NCBI RefSeq assembly: GCF_001194135.2
Contig: NC_068981.1
Span: forward strand, 181,505,579-181,547,708
Length of the DNA: 42,130 nt
Source: Octopus bimaculoides
Lineage: Eukaryota
Reading direction: 5' to 3'
Shown: in pieces, positions 22,652 to 34,225 of the stretch
Numbering within the stretch: the stretch's first letter is position 1
Layout: each line of letters starts with the position of its first letter
Program-made: the position numbers and the translations under genes
Notes under the pieces: generated by a model
Seen by the model: only the letters and a program-made list of their open reading frames with translations
The model's database searches: none
What the model was told of the DNA's origin: nothing

Positions 22652-24007
22652 CCCTTTCGTTACCATATTTCTAACCAAATTACACCCCTTATGTGTTTCA
22701 ATTAATTTCTAACATAATCATAAATTTAGGCTGGTTTCATTAAACAACTCTAACTTTTTTATTTATCAACATATTAATGTGATTTTTGGAAGATAAATTA
22801 ACGAAAGGTTCTCAACCAATTCTATACCAAAATTTTTGTCACAAAGTGACTTTAATTACAGGTAAATACAGGTAAATTCAACAAAATATAAAATTATTAA
22901 AATTTTTGTTCAAACATCGCTACAGAAAATGGGTTATTAGCTAATATTCAATTGGGTATACAACAAAATATTATTATAGAAGAGTTGTGCACATTACTGG
23001 NNNNNNNNNNNNNNNNNNNNNNNNNNNNNNNNNNNNNNNNNNNNNNNNNNNNNNNNNNNNNNNNNNNNNNNNNNNNNNNNNNNNNNNNNNNNNNNNNNNN
23101 NNNNNNNNNNNNNNNNNNNNNNNNNNNNNNNNNNNNNNNNNNNNNNNNNNNNNNNNNNNNNNNNNNNNNNNNNNNNNNNNNNNNNNNNNNNNNNNNNNNN
23201 NNNNNNNNNNNNNNNNNNNNNNNNNNNNNNNNNNNNNNNNNNNNNNNNNNNNNNNNNNNNNNNNNNNNNNNNNNNNNNNNNNNNNNNNNNNNNNNNNNNN
23301 NNNNNNNNNNNNNNNNNNNNNNNNNNNNNNNNNNNNNNNNNNNNNNNNNNNNNNNNNNNNNNNNNNNNNNNNNNNNNNNNNNNNNNNNNNNNNNNNNNNN
23401 NNNNNNNNNNNNNNNNNNNNNNNNNNNNNNNNNNNNNNNNNNNNNNNNNNNNNNNNNNNNNNNNNNNNNNNNNNNNNNNNNNNNNNNNNNNNNNNNNNNN
23501 NNNNNNNNNNNNNNNNNNNNNNNNNNNNNNNNNNNNNNNNNNNNNNNNNNNNNNNNNNNNNNNNNNNNNNNNNNNNNNNNNNNNNNNNNNNNNNNNNNNN
23601 NNNNNNNNNNNNNNNNNNNNNNNNNNNNNNNNNNNNNNNNNNNNNNNNNNNNNNNNNNNNNNNNNNNNNNNNNNNNNNNNNNNNNNNNNNNNNNNNNNNN
23701 NNNNNNNNNNNNNNNNNNNNNNNNNNNNNNNNNNNNNNNNNNNNNNNNNNNNNNNNNNNNNNNNNNNNNNNNNNNNNNNNNNNNNNNNNNNNNNNNNNNN
23801 NNNNNNNNNNNNNNNNNNNNNNNNNNNNNNNNNNNNNNNNNNNNNNNNNNNNNNNNNNNNNNNNNNNNNNNNNNNNNNNNNNCAAAACTATAGCTGAACT
23901 GTTTACACAAATAATCACGTGTTTTCACGAATGTACTAACGAGATTTGCTCAGATATTCTCATTTAAATATGAATAGGTGATTACGGGCGGTTTGGTAAC
24001 GAAAGGG
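22652..24007. mobile_element. non-autonomous piggyBac-type element (spans gap 23001-23882)
   Basis: Perfect 13-bp TIR CCCTTTCGTTACC / GGTAACGAAAGGG with TTAA on both sides. Related right-end fragments lie near 26930 and 37160. Confidence 0.8.
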
Positions 24008-24416
24008 TTAAGGAATTATTATTTCTTATATTTAATTGTTTAAGTTTTGATTTTATTTACTCCATGTACCCAGACCTTGTGGACACCCTGTATAATGTAA
24101 AAAATTATGTACCATGTAAAAAGCACCCAGTAGACAATGTAAAGTGGTTGGCATTAGGAAGGACATCCAGCTGCAGAAACCAAACCAGAATAAACTATGG
24201 AATCTGGTACAGCTCCTGGCCTTATGATCTCCTGTCAAACCATCCAACCAATGTCAGCATGGAAAACAGATGTTAAATGATGATGATGATGATGAACACA
24301 GACTATTTTAACAAGGATAGGTTTTATGTACATGTGCATTTACATGATGCCGGCAAGGGATTAGACATGATATAATGGGGCATCTTTCCAACTGAAATAT
24401 CAAACTGTATACTCAC

Positions 24417-24497
24417 CAACAGATCACAGAGTAACCTATCCATGAAAATCTGCACCTGAGATGTATTAGGCCAACTGGTGAGTAGAGAACAAACAAC
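24417..24497 (-). CDS. TEX10: TEX10 exon
   Basis: Acceptor TTTATTTTTCAG, donor TTG|GTGAGT; 81 nt, phase 0-0. Encodes VVCSLLTSWPNTSQVQIFMDRLLCDLL. Confidence 0.85.
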
Positions 24498-25205
24498 CTG
24501 AAAAATAAAGCAACATAGTTTTAAATAAAAAAAAAAACAAAACAACAGAAACAGAAACAACTTCAGATGTTTAACCATTTAGTATTCAGGTTCCTCTGTT
24601 AAATGTCAAGCTTTTTTATTCACATTGCTTTGAATTAGTCATACACTACCTTGTAGCTTTGATACTTCAATGAAGTGATTGTTCATTTTTAGAATAATCC
24701 TTTCTACTAAAGGCACAAGGCCTGAAATTTTGGGGGGAGGGGACTGACCAAAGACAAGCTGGTGAGATGATCTCACTTGCTCTATAGTAATAGCACACTA
24801 GATAAACAGCCAATGAAAGAGTCTCATTGAAGCCACCTGAACTAAAAATACTCTCCAAATCTCCCTTTAATCACAATCATACTGTTTTAGTCATTACTCA
24901 ACGTTCATGACCACAGGTGAGGATAGGTACAAAAATGGATATGAATATAGCAAATTTGGCTTCCATACCAACTTCTGCCAAAATATTCAACCTTTTCTAT
25001 GTTCAAACTGGCCAGATCCAGCCTCTCAAATCTACCATATAATATCACTGTAAAGATAAACAACCATCAAAAGCCAAAAGATAATGCATGACTAATTCAA
25101 AACAATGTGAATAAATGAGCATTACATTTGATAGAGAAATCTGAATGCTAAATCAATGACACAATAAAAAATATGAACAAATTTAAGAGGGGATAACTGA
25201 CTTAC

Positions 25206-25345
25206 TTTCACAATTTGACAATGCCGTGTAGTGGTTGTAGACTGGGTAGAAAACAACACTCTTGTGCCTTGCATCCCTCCAGATAAATGCAGTGAGTTTA
25301 GATCAGATTGATTAGGCAAACTTGAAAGTTCCTTCTGGTTCTGAC
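25206..25345 (-). CDS. TEX10: TEX10 exon
   Basis: Acceptor TTTTTTAATTAG, donor AAA|GTAAGT; 140 nt, phase 1-0. Encodes (G)QNQKELSSLPNQSDLNSLHLSGGMQGTRVLFSTQSTTTTRHCQIVK and exactly bridges the phases of its neighbours. Confidence 0.82.
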
Positions 25346-25742
25346 CTAATTAAAAAAATAAAAATGCGTTGAGACTATTTATATATTTGTTTTCATGTGT
25401 GTGCGTGAATATAATATACATTGCATGCATGTCTTCATCAGCATCTAAAAGTCCATTTTAATGCTTGCAAAGGTTAGATGGAATTCATTGAGGATAATTT
25501 TCTACAACCAGATGACCTCCTTTGTCTCCAAGCCTCATCCGTTTCTAAGCAAGATATTACTTTCCCATAGCCAGACAGGTTTTCGCAGAAGATTGGAAAT
25601 AAAGGGCATTGCTTGCATGACTGTGACACTCCCTTACAACTACTGTGTGATGTCAAGACAAGGAGACACAAGCAGCCCCTCCTCCCAGGCACAGACATAT
25701 ACATAGATGAAGTGCTTCTTACACTGTCTGCTTACTGAATCT

Positions 25743-25923
25743 ACACATAAAGCACACCTGTGACGGCAACACGTAAAAGCACATGTGATGGTGACACATA
25801 AAAGGCATGCGTGACGCCGACACGTAAAAGGAACCCATGGCAGCGACACGTAAAAGGAACCCGTGACGGCGATATGTAAAAGGAACCCGTGACGGCGACA
25901 CATAAAAGGCATGCGTGACGGTA
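25743..25923. repeat. 26-bp minisatellite, 7 degenerate copies
   Basis: Consensus ACACGTAAAAGGAACCCGTGACGGCG. Confidence 0.9.
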
Positions 25924-26035
25924 TGATTGTAATATTACTATACATGCAAACATATTATTGATTATTGCAATATAGACATTATCTTAGCTAACCTATTACG
26001 TTATCAAAAATATATAACATCTATATGTGTGTGTC

Positions 26036-26067
<32 letters not shown>

Positions 26068-26070
26068 GAG

Positions 26071-26401
26071 ATCATCGTTTAACGTCTGCTTTCCATGCTA
26101 GCATGGGTCGGACCATTTTACTGAGGACTGGTAAACCAGATGGCTGCACCAGGCTCCAATCTGATCTGGCAGAGTTTCTGCAGCTGGATGCCCTTCCTAA
26201 CGCCAAGCACTCCGAGAGTGTAGTGGGTGCTTTTACGTGCCACCGCCACAAGGGCCAGTCAGGCAGTACTGGCAACGGCCACGCTCAAAATGGTGTTTTT
26301 TACGTGCCACCTGCACAGGAGCCAGTGCAGCGGCACTGGCAACGACCTTGCTCGAATGTTTTTTCATGTGCCATCAGCACAAGTGCCAGTAAGGTGATGC
26401 T

Positions 26402-26403
<2 letters not shown>
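26071..26403 (-). mobile_element. (GAT)n-tailed retroposon, family G
   Basis: Near copy of 41033-41372, with the same far boundary (..GCCAGTAAGG.GA.GCTGG). Confidence 0.85.
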
Positions 26404-26477
<74 letters not shown>

Positions 26478-26610
26478 CACACATACACCATGTGAAATAT
26501 GATGAAAGAAATATAAGATATAGTATATAATTTTTTTTAATGCTGGGGTTCCTTGAGACATGTAATGTATTTTCAGGGTTACGCAAGGGTAAAAAGGTAG
26601 AAAAACACTG

Positions 26611-26832
26611 GGTTAGAGTGTTGGACTCATGATTGTAAGATTGAGGTTTTGATTCCTGGACTGGGAGATGTACTGTGTTCTTGAGCAGAACACTTCATTT
26701 CATGTTGCTCCAGTCCATTCAGCTGGCCAAAGTGATTCATCCTGCAATGGACCAGTGTCCCGTCCAGGTGGGGAATTTATACGCCATGGAAACCAGGAAA
26801 CTGGCCCTTATGAGTTGGCATGACCTGAGGAG
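26611..26832 (+). mobile_element. tRNA-derived SINE with CORE-like and V-like segments
   Basis: Head GGTTAGAGTGTTGGACTC..GGTTTTGATTCC; CORE-like TTCTTGAGCAGAACACTT..GCTCCAGTCCATTCAGCTG; then CCTGCAATGGACCAGTGTCCCGTCCAGG. Confidence 0.65.
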
Positions 26833-27139
26833 CTAACAATTAGCTATTTTACTAAATTCTTCATTAATTTTAAAAGTTAATGGAATCAAAGGCAGTGTAT
26901 TTCGCTTGAATTATGGTAACAAAAGGGTCAATCAACAAATTCCATTTCATCATTATTCTTATAGGCCAAACTTTTTGTAACATTTAGAAATCTCTCTCTC
27001 TCACACACAGACAAGATGTGACCTGAGATATTTCTAGAAGGGCAAGGACTATGAATAAGACTCTGTCTTTGATAGACCATGATAGTATGAAGAGGTGGAT
27101 GTAAAATGACTATGATAATGTTACATAAGATTTGCTTAC

Positions 27140-27213
27140 CTAAAGCAGTAGAGAAAAGGAGAGTGAAATATTGGTTGACTTCAGTTGGAGAAGGAGAACT
27201 TAATCGAATCAGT
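27140..27213 (-). CDS. TEX10: TEX10 exon
   Basis: Acceptor TTCCTGTTTCTAG, donor TAG|GTAAGC; 74 nt, phase 2-1. Encodes (R)LIRLSSPSPTEVNQYFTLLFSTAL(G), matching the recalled human DVDYFSFLFSTLTG. Confidence 0.88.
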
Positions 27214-27616
27214 CTAGAAACAGGAACAATTGTCAAGTTAGACAAAACAATGGAAACAGAAAATTATACATACAGATCAAAATCAGAAAATTTATAGAAA
27301 ATATGTAGAAAAGAAACTTGAAAAGCATGCTTTTATATTCAACAATAAAGGGATATGAATGAATATATATATATATATATATATTGAAAAATAGGTGTTA
27401 AAATAACAGGAAAAAATTTCCAAATATATCTTTCAAATTAATAAACAATTACTTAGGCAGTTTTCAAACACAATTTTTAAATATGAAATAAAGACATAAC
27501 ATTTTAAGCATTGAAAAACCAGGGTGGATTTTAAAAAATGCCAAAAGACAAAAGGAAAGTAAGAAATTACAATTTTGTTTTTACTTTTTGGTTATGATTA
27601 AAGGAATAGATTTAAT

Positions 27617-27823
27617 GAATTTCATTTCCTATTGTATTTAATGTTTGTTGAATTTCATTTCCTATTGTATTTAATGTTTGTTGAATTTCATTTCCTATTG
27701 TATTTAATGTTTGTTGAATTTCATTTCCTATTGTATTTAATGTTTGTTGAAATTCATTTCCTATTGTATTTAATGTTTGTTGAATTTCATTTCCTATTGT
27801 ATTTAATGTTTGTTGAAATTCAC
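27617..27823. repeat. 33-bp tandem repeat, 6 full copies plus a partial
   Basis: Unit GAATTTCATTTCCTATTGTATTTAATGTTTGTT, copies nearly identical. Confidence 0.97.
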
Positions 27824-28550
27824 TAACAATACTCCTGATGTGCCTGTGCACCTTTTCCTCTGTATGGTTCTTTTACAGTGCACCATTCTATCTTTTTGTG
27901 TTTATTGCATACTGTGCATGCACTTCTGGTCTAATGTGTCTTATTGTGTTTTCTATCCCCTCTTTTAACCTTTACTAACGAGTTCTAATATAATTGAACA
28001 GTATGTGCAACAAGCTCACAATTAAAACATTTGTGCTAACTCTATGACTTAAGAAAAATAATGAAAAATACAAATAAAGTATCTTGGCTCAAATTAGAAA
28101 AAGTGTTTTAAAAAACATACATTAGTTATCAATGTGGCAGAGGGAAAATAACTCCAGGAGTGTTCTGCATATTAAATTGCAAGAAAGTTGCATTTATGTA
28201 ATATAGTCAATTGATAGACTGATCGAAATTATCCGTGCTATTTATGGAGGAAAAAAAAAAAAAACGCCTTCAAAAAGTTGGTTTAAAATCTAACAATGAA
28301 GCAAGGAAGATAACTCCACGAAAATCAATTTGAAATTTTGGAAAATATAGTGAATACAGAATATAAGTGCAGAACGCACTTGATGGTATTTTCCCCTTAG
28401 CCTTGTTGGTAATTCTAATCTGCATCATTCATCATCATCAAGTTGGGTGACTTGCCTGAAGCAATGCAGCTCTTCTGCATCAGGTATTCTGTGTGAGTGA
28501 TACTGCATGAATGTCTGGCTTGGATTTTAGTTACATTGGTCTTTGGTTAC

Positions 28551-28906
28551 TTTTTTACTTGGTTCAGTCATTTGACTGCGGCCATGCTGGAGCACCGCCT
28601 TTAGTCGAGCAAATCGACCCCAGGACTTATTCTTTGCAAGCCTAGTACTTATTCTACCGGTCTCTTTTTGCCGAACCACTAAGTTACAGCAGTTTTGGGG
28701 GGGGGGGGTATAAACAGACATATACATACACATACATATATACGACAGGCTTCTTTCAGTTTCCATCTACCAAATCCACTCACAAGGCTTTGGTCGGCCC
28801 GAGGCTATAGTAGAAAACACTTGGCCAAGGTGTCACGCAGTGGGAATGAACCCGGAACCATGTGGTTGGTAAGCGAGCTACTTACTACACAGCCACTCTT
28901 ACGCCT
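28551..28906 (-). mobile_element. tRNA-CORE-type SINE, family B
   Basis: Reverse complement of 20155-20614. Confidence 0.85.
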
Positions 28907-29551
28907 AAAATACCTCATCTGTGCATGTCACAATTACACATATCAGTAGTTCACTAACTGAAGTGGTTGATCCAGGCCTTTGACAGTTTGTTGATTGTTC
29001 ATTTGTTTAGCATCAAGTGATATTCGCTACTGATTCAATAAATTCATTTGTTGAAATACTTCACATCCACCATGCTACACAACTATGGTTTCAATGTAAC
29101 CTGGCTTTTACCCATTGCTGGGACCACGACGCATGCAACTACCCCAGGTCAGAGTGGACCTAGGAACAATAGTGGCTAAGAGATGGTTCCACACTCCTCA
29201 AAACTATGGAATTCTTGAATCAGGGCCTTACTACTGGGATACAGTTTAAAGTCAGACCCAGGACAATATACATACATATATATTCATGCAGTGAAACTAG
29301 CATCACTACATACCCTCTATATTTTTATATAATCATCACTAATAAGGCCTCTGAGAACATGCTTCATTGTGGAGACCTAATAAGACATAAAAATGTTAAC
29401 ATTTACCAATTGGCTTGTAGACCAGATCTACTCTTATACTGCATTTGTTTTAAATGTATTGGGAGTTGTCTCCCTTATTTTTCTTAATAAAAACGTTAAG
29501 CATCAATGGAGAGAACTGTTTTCAAACTGCATTGTATTGATAATTTTAAAT

Positions 29552-29825
29552 CGGTAGTTCTCAACCATTTTTAACATATGGAACCCTTTGGTTCCTATTT
29601 TATTTGCATGGACCCTCTTGGCCATTCGAGGTTTTTAAAATTCCATTATAGCTTTAGAATTAGATATTAGTTGGAATTGTATAAAAAACAAAAATTGTTC
29701 AAATATTCTGCGTATTGTAGAATCAATCAATTGCACCTGTAATCAATCAAATTGCACCTGAATTTTAATAACAAAATCTTATGTGGCCCCGCAAGAGTCA
29801 TATGGACCCCGGTTGAGAACCACTG
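29552..29825. mobile_element. hAT (Charlie-like) MITE
   Basis: TIRs CGGTAGTTCTCAACC / GGTTGAGAACCACTG. TSD TTTTAAAT / ATTTAAAT (7/8). Confidence 0.82.
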
Positions 29826-29846
29826 ATTTAAATGAATCAAAGCGTC

Positions 29847-29981
29847 AGGAAGAGTTTCCAGCTGTAGAAACTCTGCCAGATGAGATTGGAGCCTGGTGCA
29901 GCCATCTGATTCACCAGTCCTCAGTCAAATCGTTCAACCCATGCTAGCATGGAAAGTGGACGTTACACGATGCTGATGATG
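29847..29981 (+). mobile_element. (GAT)n-tailed retroposon, family G, 3' fragment
   Basis: Inverted copy of 32657-32790. Confidence 0.85.
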
Positions 29982-30134
29982 AAAGCCTTTCAATTCATTA
30001 TATCCCTTATGTGAGACCCTGCCATATTTATATTATTTACAGTAAACAGATATCTCTGAGTAGAAGCTGAAATTTTCTTGCCTCATCTTAAACTTATCAA
30101 GGTTCACATTAGATCCACATTTTCATCAAATTAA

Positions 30135-30345
30135 CCCTTTAGCATTCTGATTACTTTGTCAAATATAATGCTTATCTATTCACACTGTTTAAAATTTATC
30201 ATTCATTATCTTGTAGCTTCAAGATTTTGATCACGTGATTGTGTATTTTTAGAATGGCGTTGTAGGGTACTTACGAGAGGCCAGGTCTGCTTGACCTGAA
30301 CATAGAATATTTGGGCAGGATATGGCTGGTTTAAATGCTAAAGGG
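30135..30345. mobile_element. piggyBac-type MITE
   Basis: 12-bp TIR CCCTTTAGCATT / AATGCTAAAGGG with TTAA on both sides. Confidence 0.85.
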
Positions 30346-30462
30346 TTAAATCATACATAATGGACAGTCATCAACTTTAAAATGTAAATGACTAAATTGA
30401 CAAGAATTAAAAGGAGATAAGTATAAGATTTGATTCAACAATTCATAAGGAAGAAATATGGG

Positions 30463-30498
<36 letters not shown>

Positions 30499-30514
30499 AG
30501 AAATTCTTGTTTAC

Positions 30515-30680
30515 CTGTGTTGTAGAATTTCTAGAATATAAGCAATATTTTCAATTAACACCGCAGGACTTCGACTAAGTAGCACTATCTTATTTAACTG
30601 CTTGTCAGTGAAATGATCTAGACGATAGACGATCTCAAGCATGTCTCGTTGCAAGACAGCACTAACACGGGGTATGAGAC
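30515..30680 (-). CDS. TEX10: TEX10 exon
   Basis: Acceptor ATTTCTTTCAG, donor CAG|GTAAAC; 166 nt, phase 1-2. Encodes LIPRVSAVLQRDMLEIVYRLDHFTDKQLNKIVLLSRSPAVLIENIAYILEILQHR, aligning with the recalled human QQRLVQLVYFL..MLIGILHMR. Confidence 0.88.
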
Positions 30681-30728
30681 CTGAAAGAAATCCCACGTCC
30701 TATTAGGGAAATTTCAAACACAACGGAA

Positions 30729-30764
<36 letters not shown>

Positions 30765-32404
30765 TCTTTCTGCTATTGACACAAAGCCTGAAATTTCAAG
30801 GCAGAGAGAGTAATCGATTACACTGACCCCAGTGCTCAACTGGTACTTATTTCACTGATCCTGAAAGAACAGAAAGGCAGAGTCAACCCCAGCAGCATTT
30901 GAGTTCAGAAGACAAGGGGCCAGAAGAAATGCCACATAGCATTTCGTCCAGTGCACTAATGATTCAGCCAACTTATTATAATTTTTTTCTAACACAGGCA
31001 CAAGGCTTGAAATTTTGGGAGAACAGGGGTTAAACAATACTTGATTGATATTTCCTCAATCAGGGGATGAGGCAAAGTTGACCGTGGCAGGTTCTGAACT
31101 CAGAACATACAATAAGTACAATTCAATACCTCAAGGTATTTTGTGTGACACTAAATGATTCTGTCAATTATTGTCGTCAACGATGATGACAATTAACTTC
31201 TAGCATAATTTCTTTGCTAGCCACTAAGGGCAATTTGCATACATCATTCATACTTATGAAAATAGGAGAGGTTTTAAATAGCACTTACAGAAATATATGG
31301 GATGAGAACAAAATTTAAGGGATGGGACCCAAAAAGGCGCGATAAATGTGGGGAGAAATTTGAGATTTTTTTTTTACAGAAACCATATAAACAATTACAT
31401 AGAAAAATTTAAATTATAACATAAAAACATACAATGATTAAAACTAAATATATTAATTACAATTAATAATATCAATTAAAATTCTGGTAATTAGGACACC
31501 CTATGACCCATACTACATTCTGTCTTCATTCATATTCCAAATCTGAATTCTCATCATCCATTGAAGCCCTAAAGTTCTTGTGAAGAATTATTGGGCCAGA
31601 CAGAAGAAAACAATGCTCATATTCCATGGGTAGGTTTTCCTTGATTTGCTTGTAGACTCTTTAAGAGCATTTTAAAATTATTATATCACCAGCATGTTCT
31701 GTCTGACTTAAAACCCATCTCCAAAGGACCAGACACAAGCTTTTTACTTTCTCAATCAGGTCTTTGTCAATGGAGCAAAATGCTAGAAACATTTATCTTG
31801 TGGAGAAGGAGTTCCAATGCTTCTACACTAGCAAGGAAGTGCTCTCTTTAAAAGGAAGGATGGGTCTCCCTTTTTACACTCTAGATGATTTTAAGATAAT
31901 GGTTTTTGGAGAGGGGCATTTTGCACTTTCTGTCCTCAGTCATCACTTGACAATCATCTCTAGCTTCTCTCTGCTCTACCTCATTACAAGACAATAGCAT
32001 GCTGTTAATAGCTACTGATTTCCAGGACAGGGCACAAAATGACTGCTATCCTCACCATTTCTGAAGCTGTGTCTGATGGTGTTCTGGAAAGTAGGGGGCC
32101 TGTTGATATTGTTTCTGCCCCAGAAGCTCTCTGCTGCTTTTTCTTTGTTGTTTTTTTTTACGTTTCCAACTCTTCAAAGCAAAAGACCCTCAAATGGTTT
32201 TTACTACCACAAATATAATATCCGTCATTTTACTCTGTACCTTCAGTCTCAATCCCTTTGACAAGGAAGCTCCAGTTGTATATATTGAAAGGTGAAATCA
32301 ACCTTGGCAGAAGGCCCCAATGATCTAACGATTCTACCAGCTCACCGCCTAAGCAATAACAATAGAAAAACAAGAATGGAATGATAAAAAATGAAACAAC
32401 TCAC

Positions 32405-32589
32405 TAAAAATGTTGAGGAGTTCATTCTGAAGCTGATCTTGTAAGCTACTTTGCTTCTGGCAAGCTGCCCTCTTGATAGCCTTCAGAATTGGGGTGACAG
32501 CTGCAGGAATATGATCTATCTGAGCACTGTGGCTGATGATTTGAACCAATAGAGTCGGCAATGTTGACAGAAATTGCTCAAACAAACCA
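32405..32589 (-). CDS. TEX10: TEX10 exon
   Basis: Acceptor TTTCCTTTACTAG, donor TTA|GTGAGT; 185 nt, phase 2-1. Encodes GLFEQFLSTLPTLLVQI..ILKAIKRAACQKQSSLQDQLQNELLNIF, aligning with the recalled human RWLAGLPLQL..IIHTAAARANKELLKSLQ. Confidence 0.88.
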
Positions 32590-32656
32590 CTAGTAAAGGA
32601 AATAGATAGAGAAAATTTACACATAACAGTAAAACAGTGACAGAAATGTTAATGTA

Positions 32657-32845
32657 TCATCATCATCGTTTAACGTCCGCTTTCCATGCTAGCATGGGTT
32701 GGACGATTTGACTGAGGACTGGTGAAACCAGATGGCAACACCAGGCTCCAATCAAATTTGGCAGAGTTTCTACAGCTGGATGCCCTTCCTAACGCCAACC
32801 ACTCAGAGAGTGTAGTGGGTGCTTTTACATGTCACCCGCACGATG
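32657..32845 (-). mobile_element. (GAT)n-tailed retroposon, family G
   Basis: Same block as 18110 and 41033. Confidence 0.85.
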
Positions 32846-32949
32846 TATCTCTATTATATATATATTGATTTCTTACATGAAAAGTAAAAAGATTGGCATT
32901 TTTGTATGGCAAGAGGAGGGCGTGTGTATGTGTGTGTGATGGGAGGGAG

Positions 32950-33305
32950 CATTGCTTAGAATGGTTCTGCATTCAGTCCCACTGCGTGACACCTTGGGCG
33001 AGTGTCTTCTGCTATAGCCTTGGGCCGACCAAAGCCTTATGAGTGGATTTGGTAGACAGAAACTGAAAGAAGCCCGTCGTATATATGTATATATATATGT
33101 TTGTGTGTCTGTGTTTGTCTCCCCACCACATCACTTGACAACCGATGCTGGTGTGTTTACGTCCCTGTAACTTAGCGGTTCAGCAAAAGTGGCCGATAGA
33201 ATAAGTACTAGGCTTACAAAGAATAAGTCCTGGGGTCGATTTGCTCGACTAAAGGCGGTGCTCCAGCATGGCCACAGTCAAATGACTGAAACAAGTAAAA
33301 GAGTA
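32950..33305 (+). mobile_element. tRNA-CORE-type SINE, family B (5' clipped)
   Basis: Matches 20200-20614. Confidence 0.85.
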
Positions 33306-33433
33306 AATAGCCAGGTATGACTTAGACTACAGTATATGATGAAGTAAACAGCATGTCTCAGGCCACAGAATCCTTAGTAGTAGTAGTAGTAATATGAGAG
33401 TTTGCACTGTAACAGTGCATTACTGCACTAACC

Positions 33434-34225
33434 NNNNNNNNNNNNNNNNNNNNNNNNNNNNNNNNNNNNNNNNNNNNNNNNNNNNNNNNNNNNNNNNNNN
33501 NNNNNNNNNNNNNNNNNNNNNNNNNNNNNNNNNNNNNNNNNNNNNNNNNNNNNNNNNNNNNNNNNNNNNNNNNNNNNNNNNNNNNNNNNNNNNNNNNNNN
33601 NNNNNNNNNNNNNNNNNNNNNNNNNNNNNNNNNNNNNNNNNNNNNNNNNNNNNNNNNNNNNNNNNNNNNNNNNNNNNNNNNNNNNNNNNNNNNNNNNNNN
33701 NNNNNNNNNNNNNNNNNNNNNNNNNNNNNNNNNNNNNNNNNNNNNNNNNNNNNNNNNNNNNNNNNNNNNNNNNNNNNNNNNNNNNNNNNNNNNNNNNNNN
33801 NNNNNNNNNNNNNNNNNNNNNNNNNNNNNNNNNNNNNNNNNNNNNNNNNNNNNNNNNNNNNNNNNNNNNNNNNNNNNNNNNNNNNNNNNNNNNNNNNNNN
33901 NNNNNNNNNNNNNNNNNNNNNNNNNNNNNNNNNNNNNNNNNNNNNNNNNNNNNNNNNNNNNNNNNNNNNNNNNNNNNNNNNNNNNNNNNNNNNNNNNNNN
34001 NNNNNNNNNNNNNNNNNNNNNNNNNNNNNNNNNNNNNNNNNNNNNNNNNNNNNNNNNNNNNNNNNNNNNNNNNNNNNNNNNNNNNNNNNNNNNNNNNNNN
34101 NNNNNNNNNNNNNNNNNNNNNNNNNNNNNNNNNNNNNNNNNNNNNNNNNNNNNNNNNNNNNNNNNNNNNNNNNNNNNNNNNNNNNNNNNNNNNNNNNNNN
34201 NNNNNNNNNNNNNNNNNNNNNNNNN
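33434..34225. other. assembly gap, probably hiding one TEX10 exon
   Basis: N run. The flanking exons end in phase 1 and start in phase 2. Confidence 0.75.

Noticed and set aside
27612-27851. 11-aa repeat protein ORFs, or a CRISPR-like array
   Set aside because: Head-to-tail 33-bp repeat with no spacers, in a eukaryotic intron. The open frames follow from the unit length.
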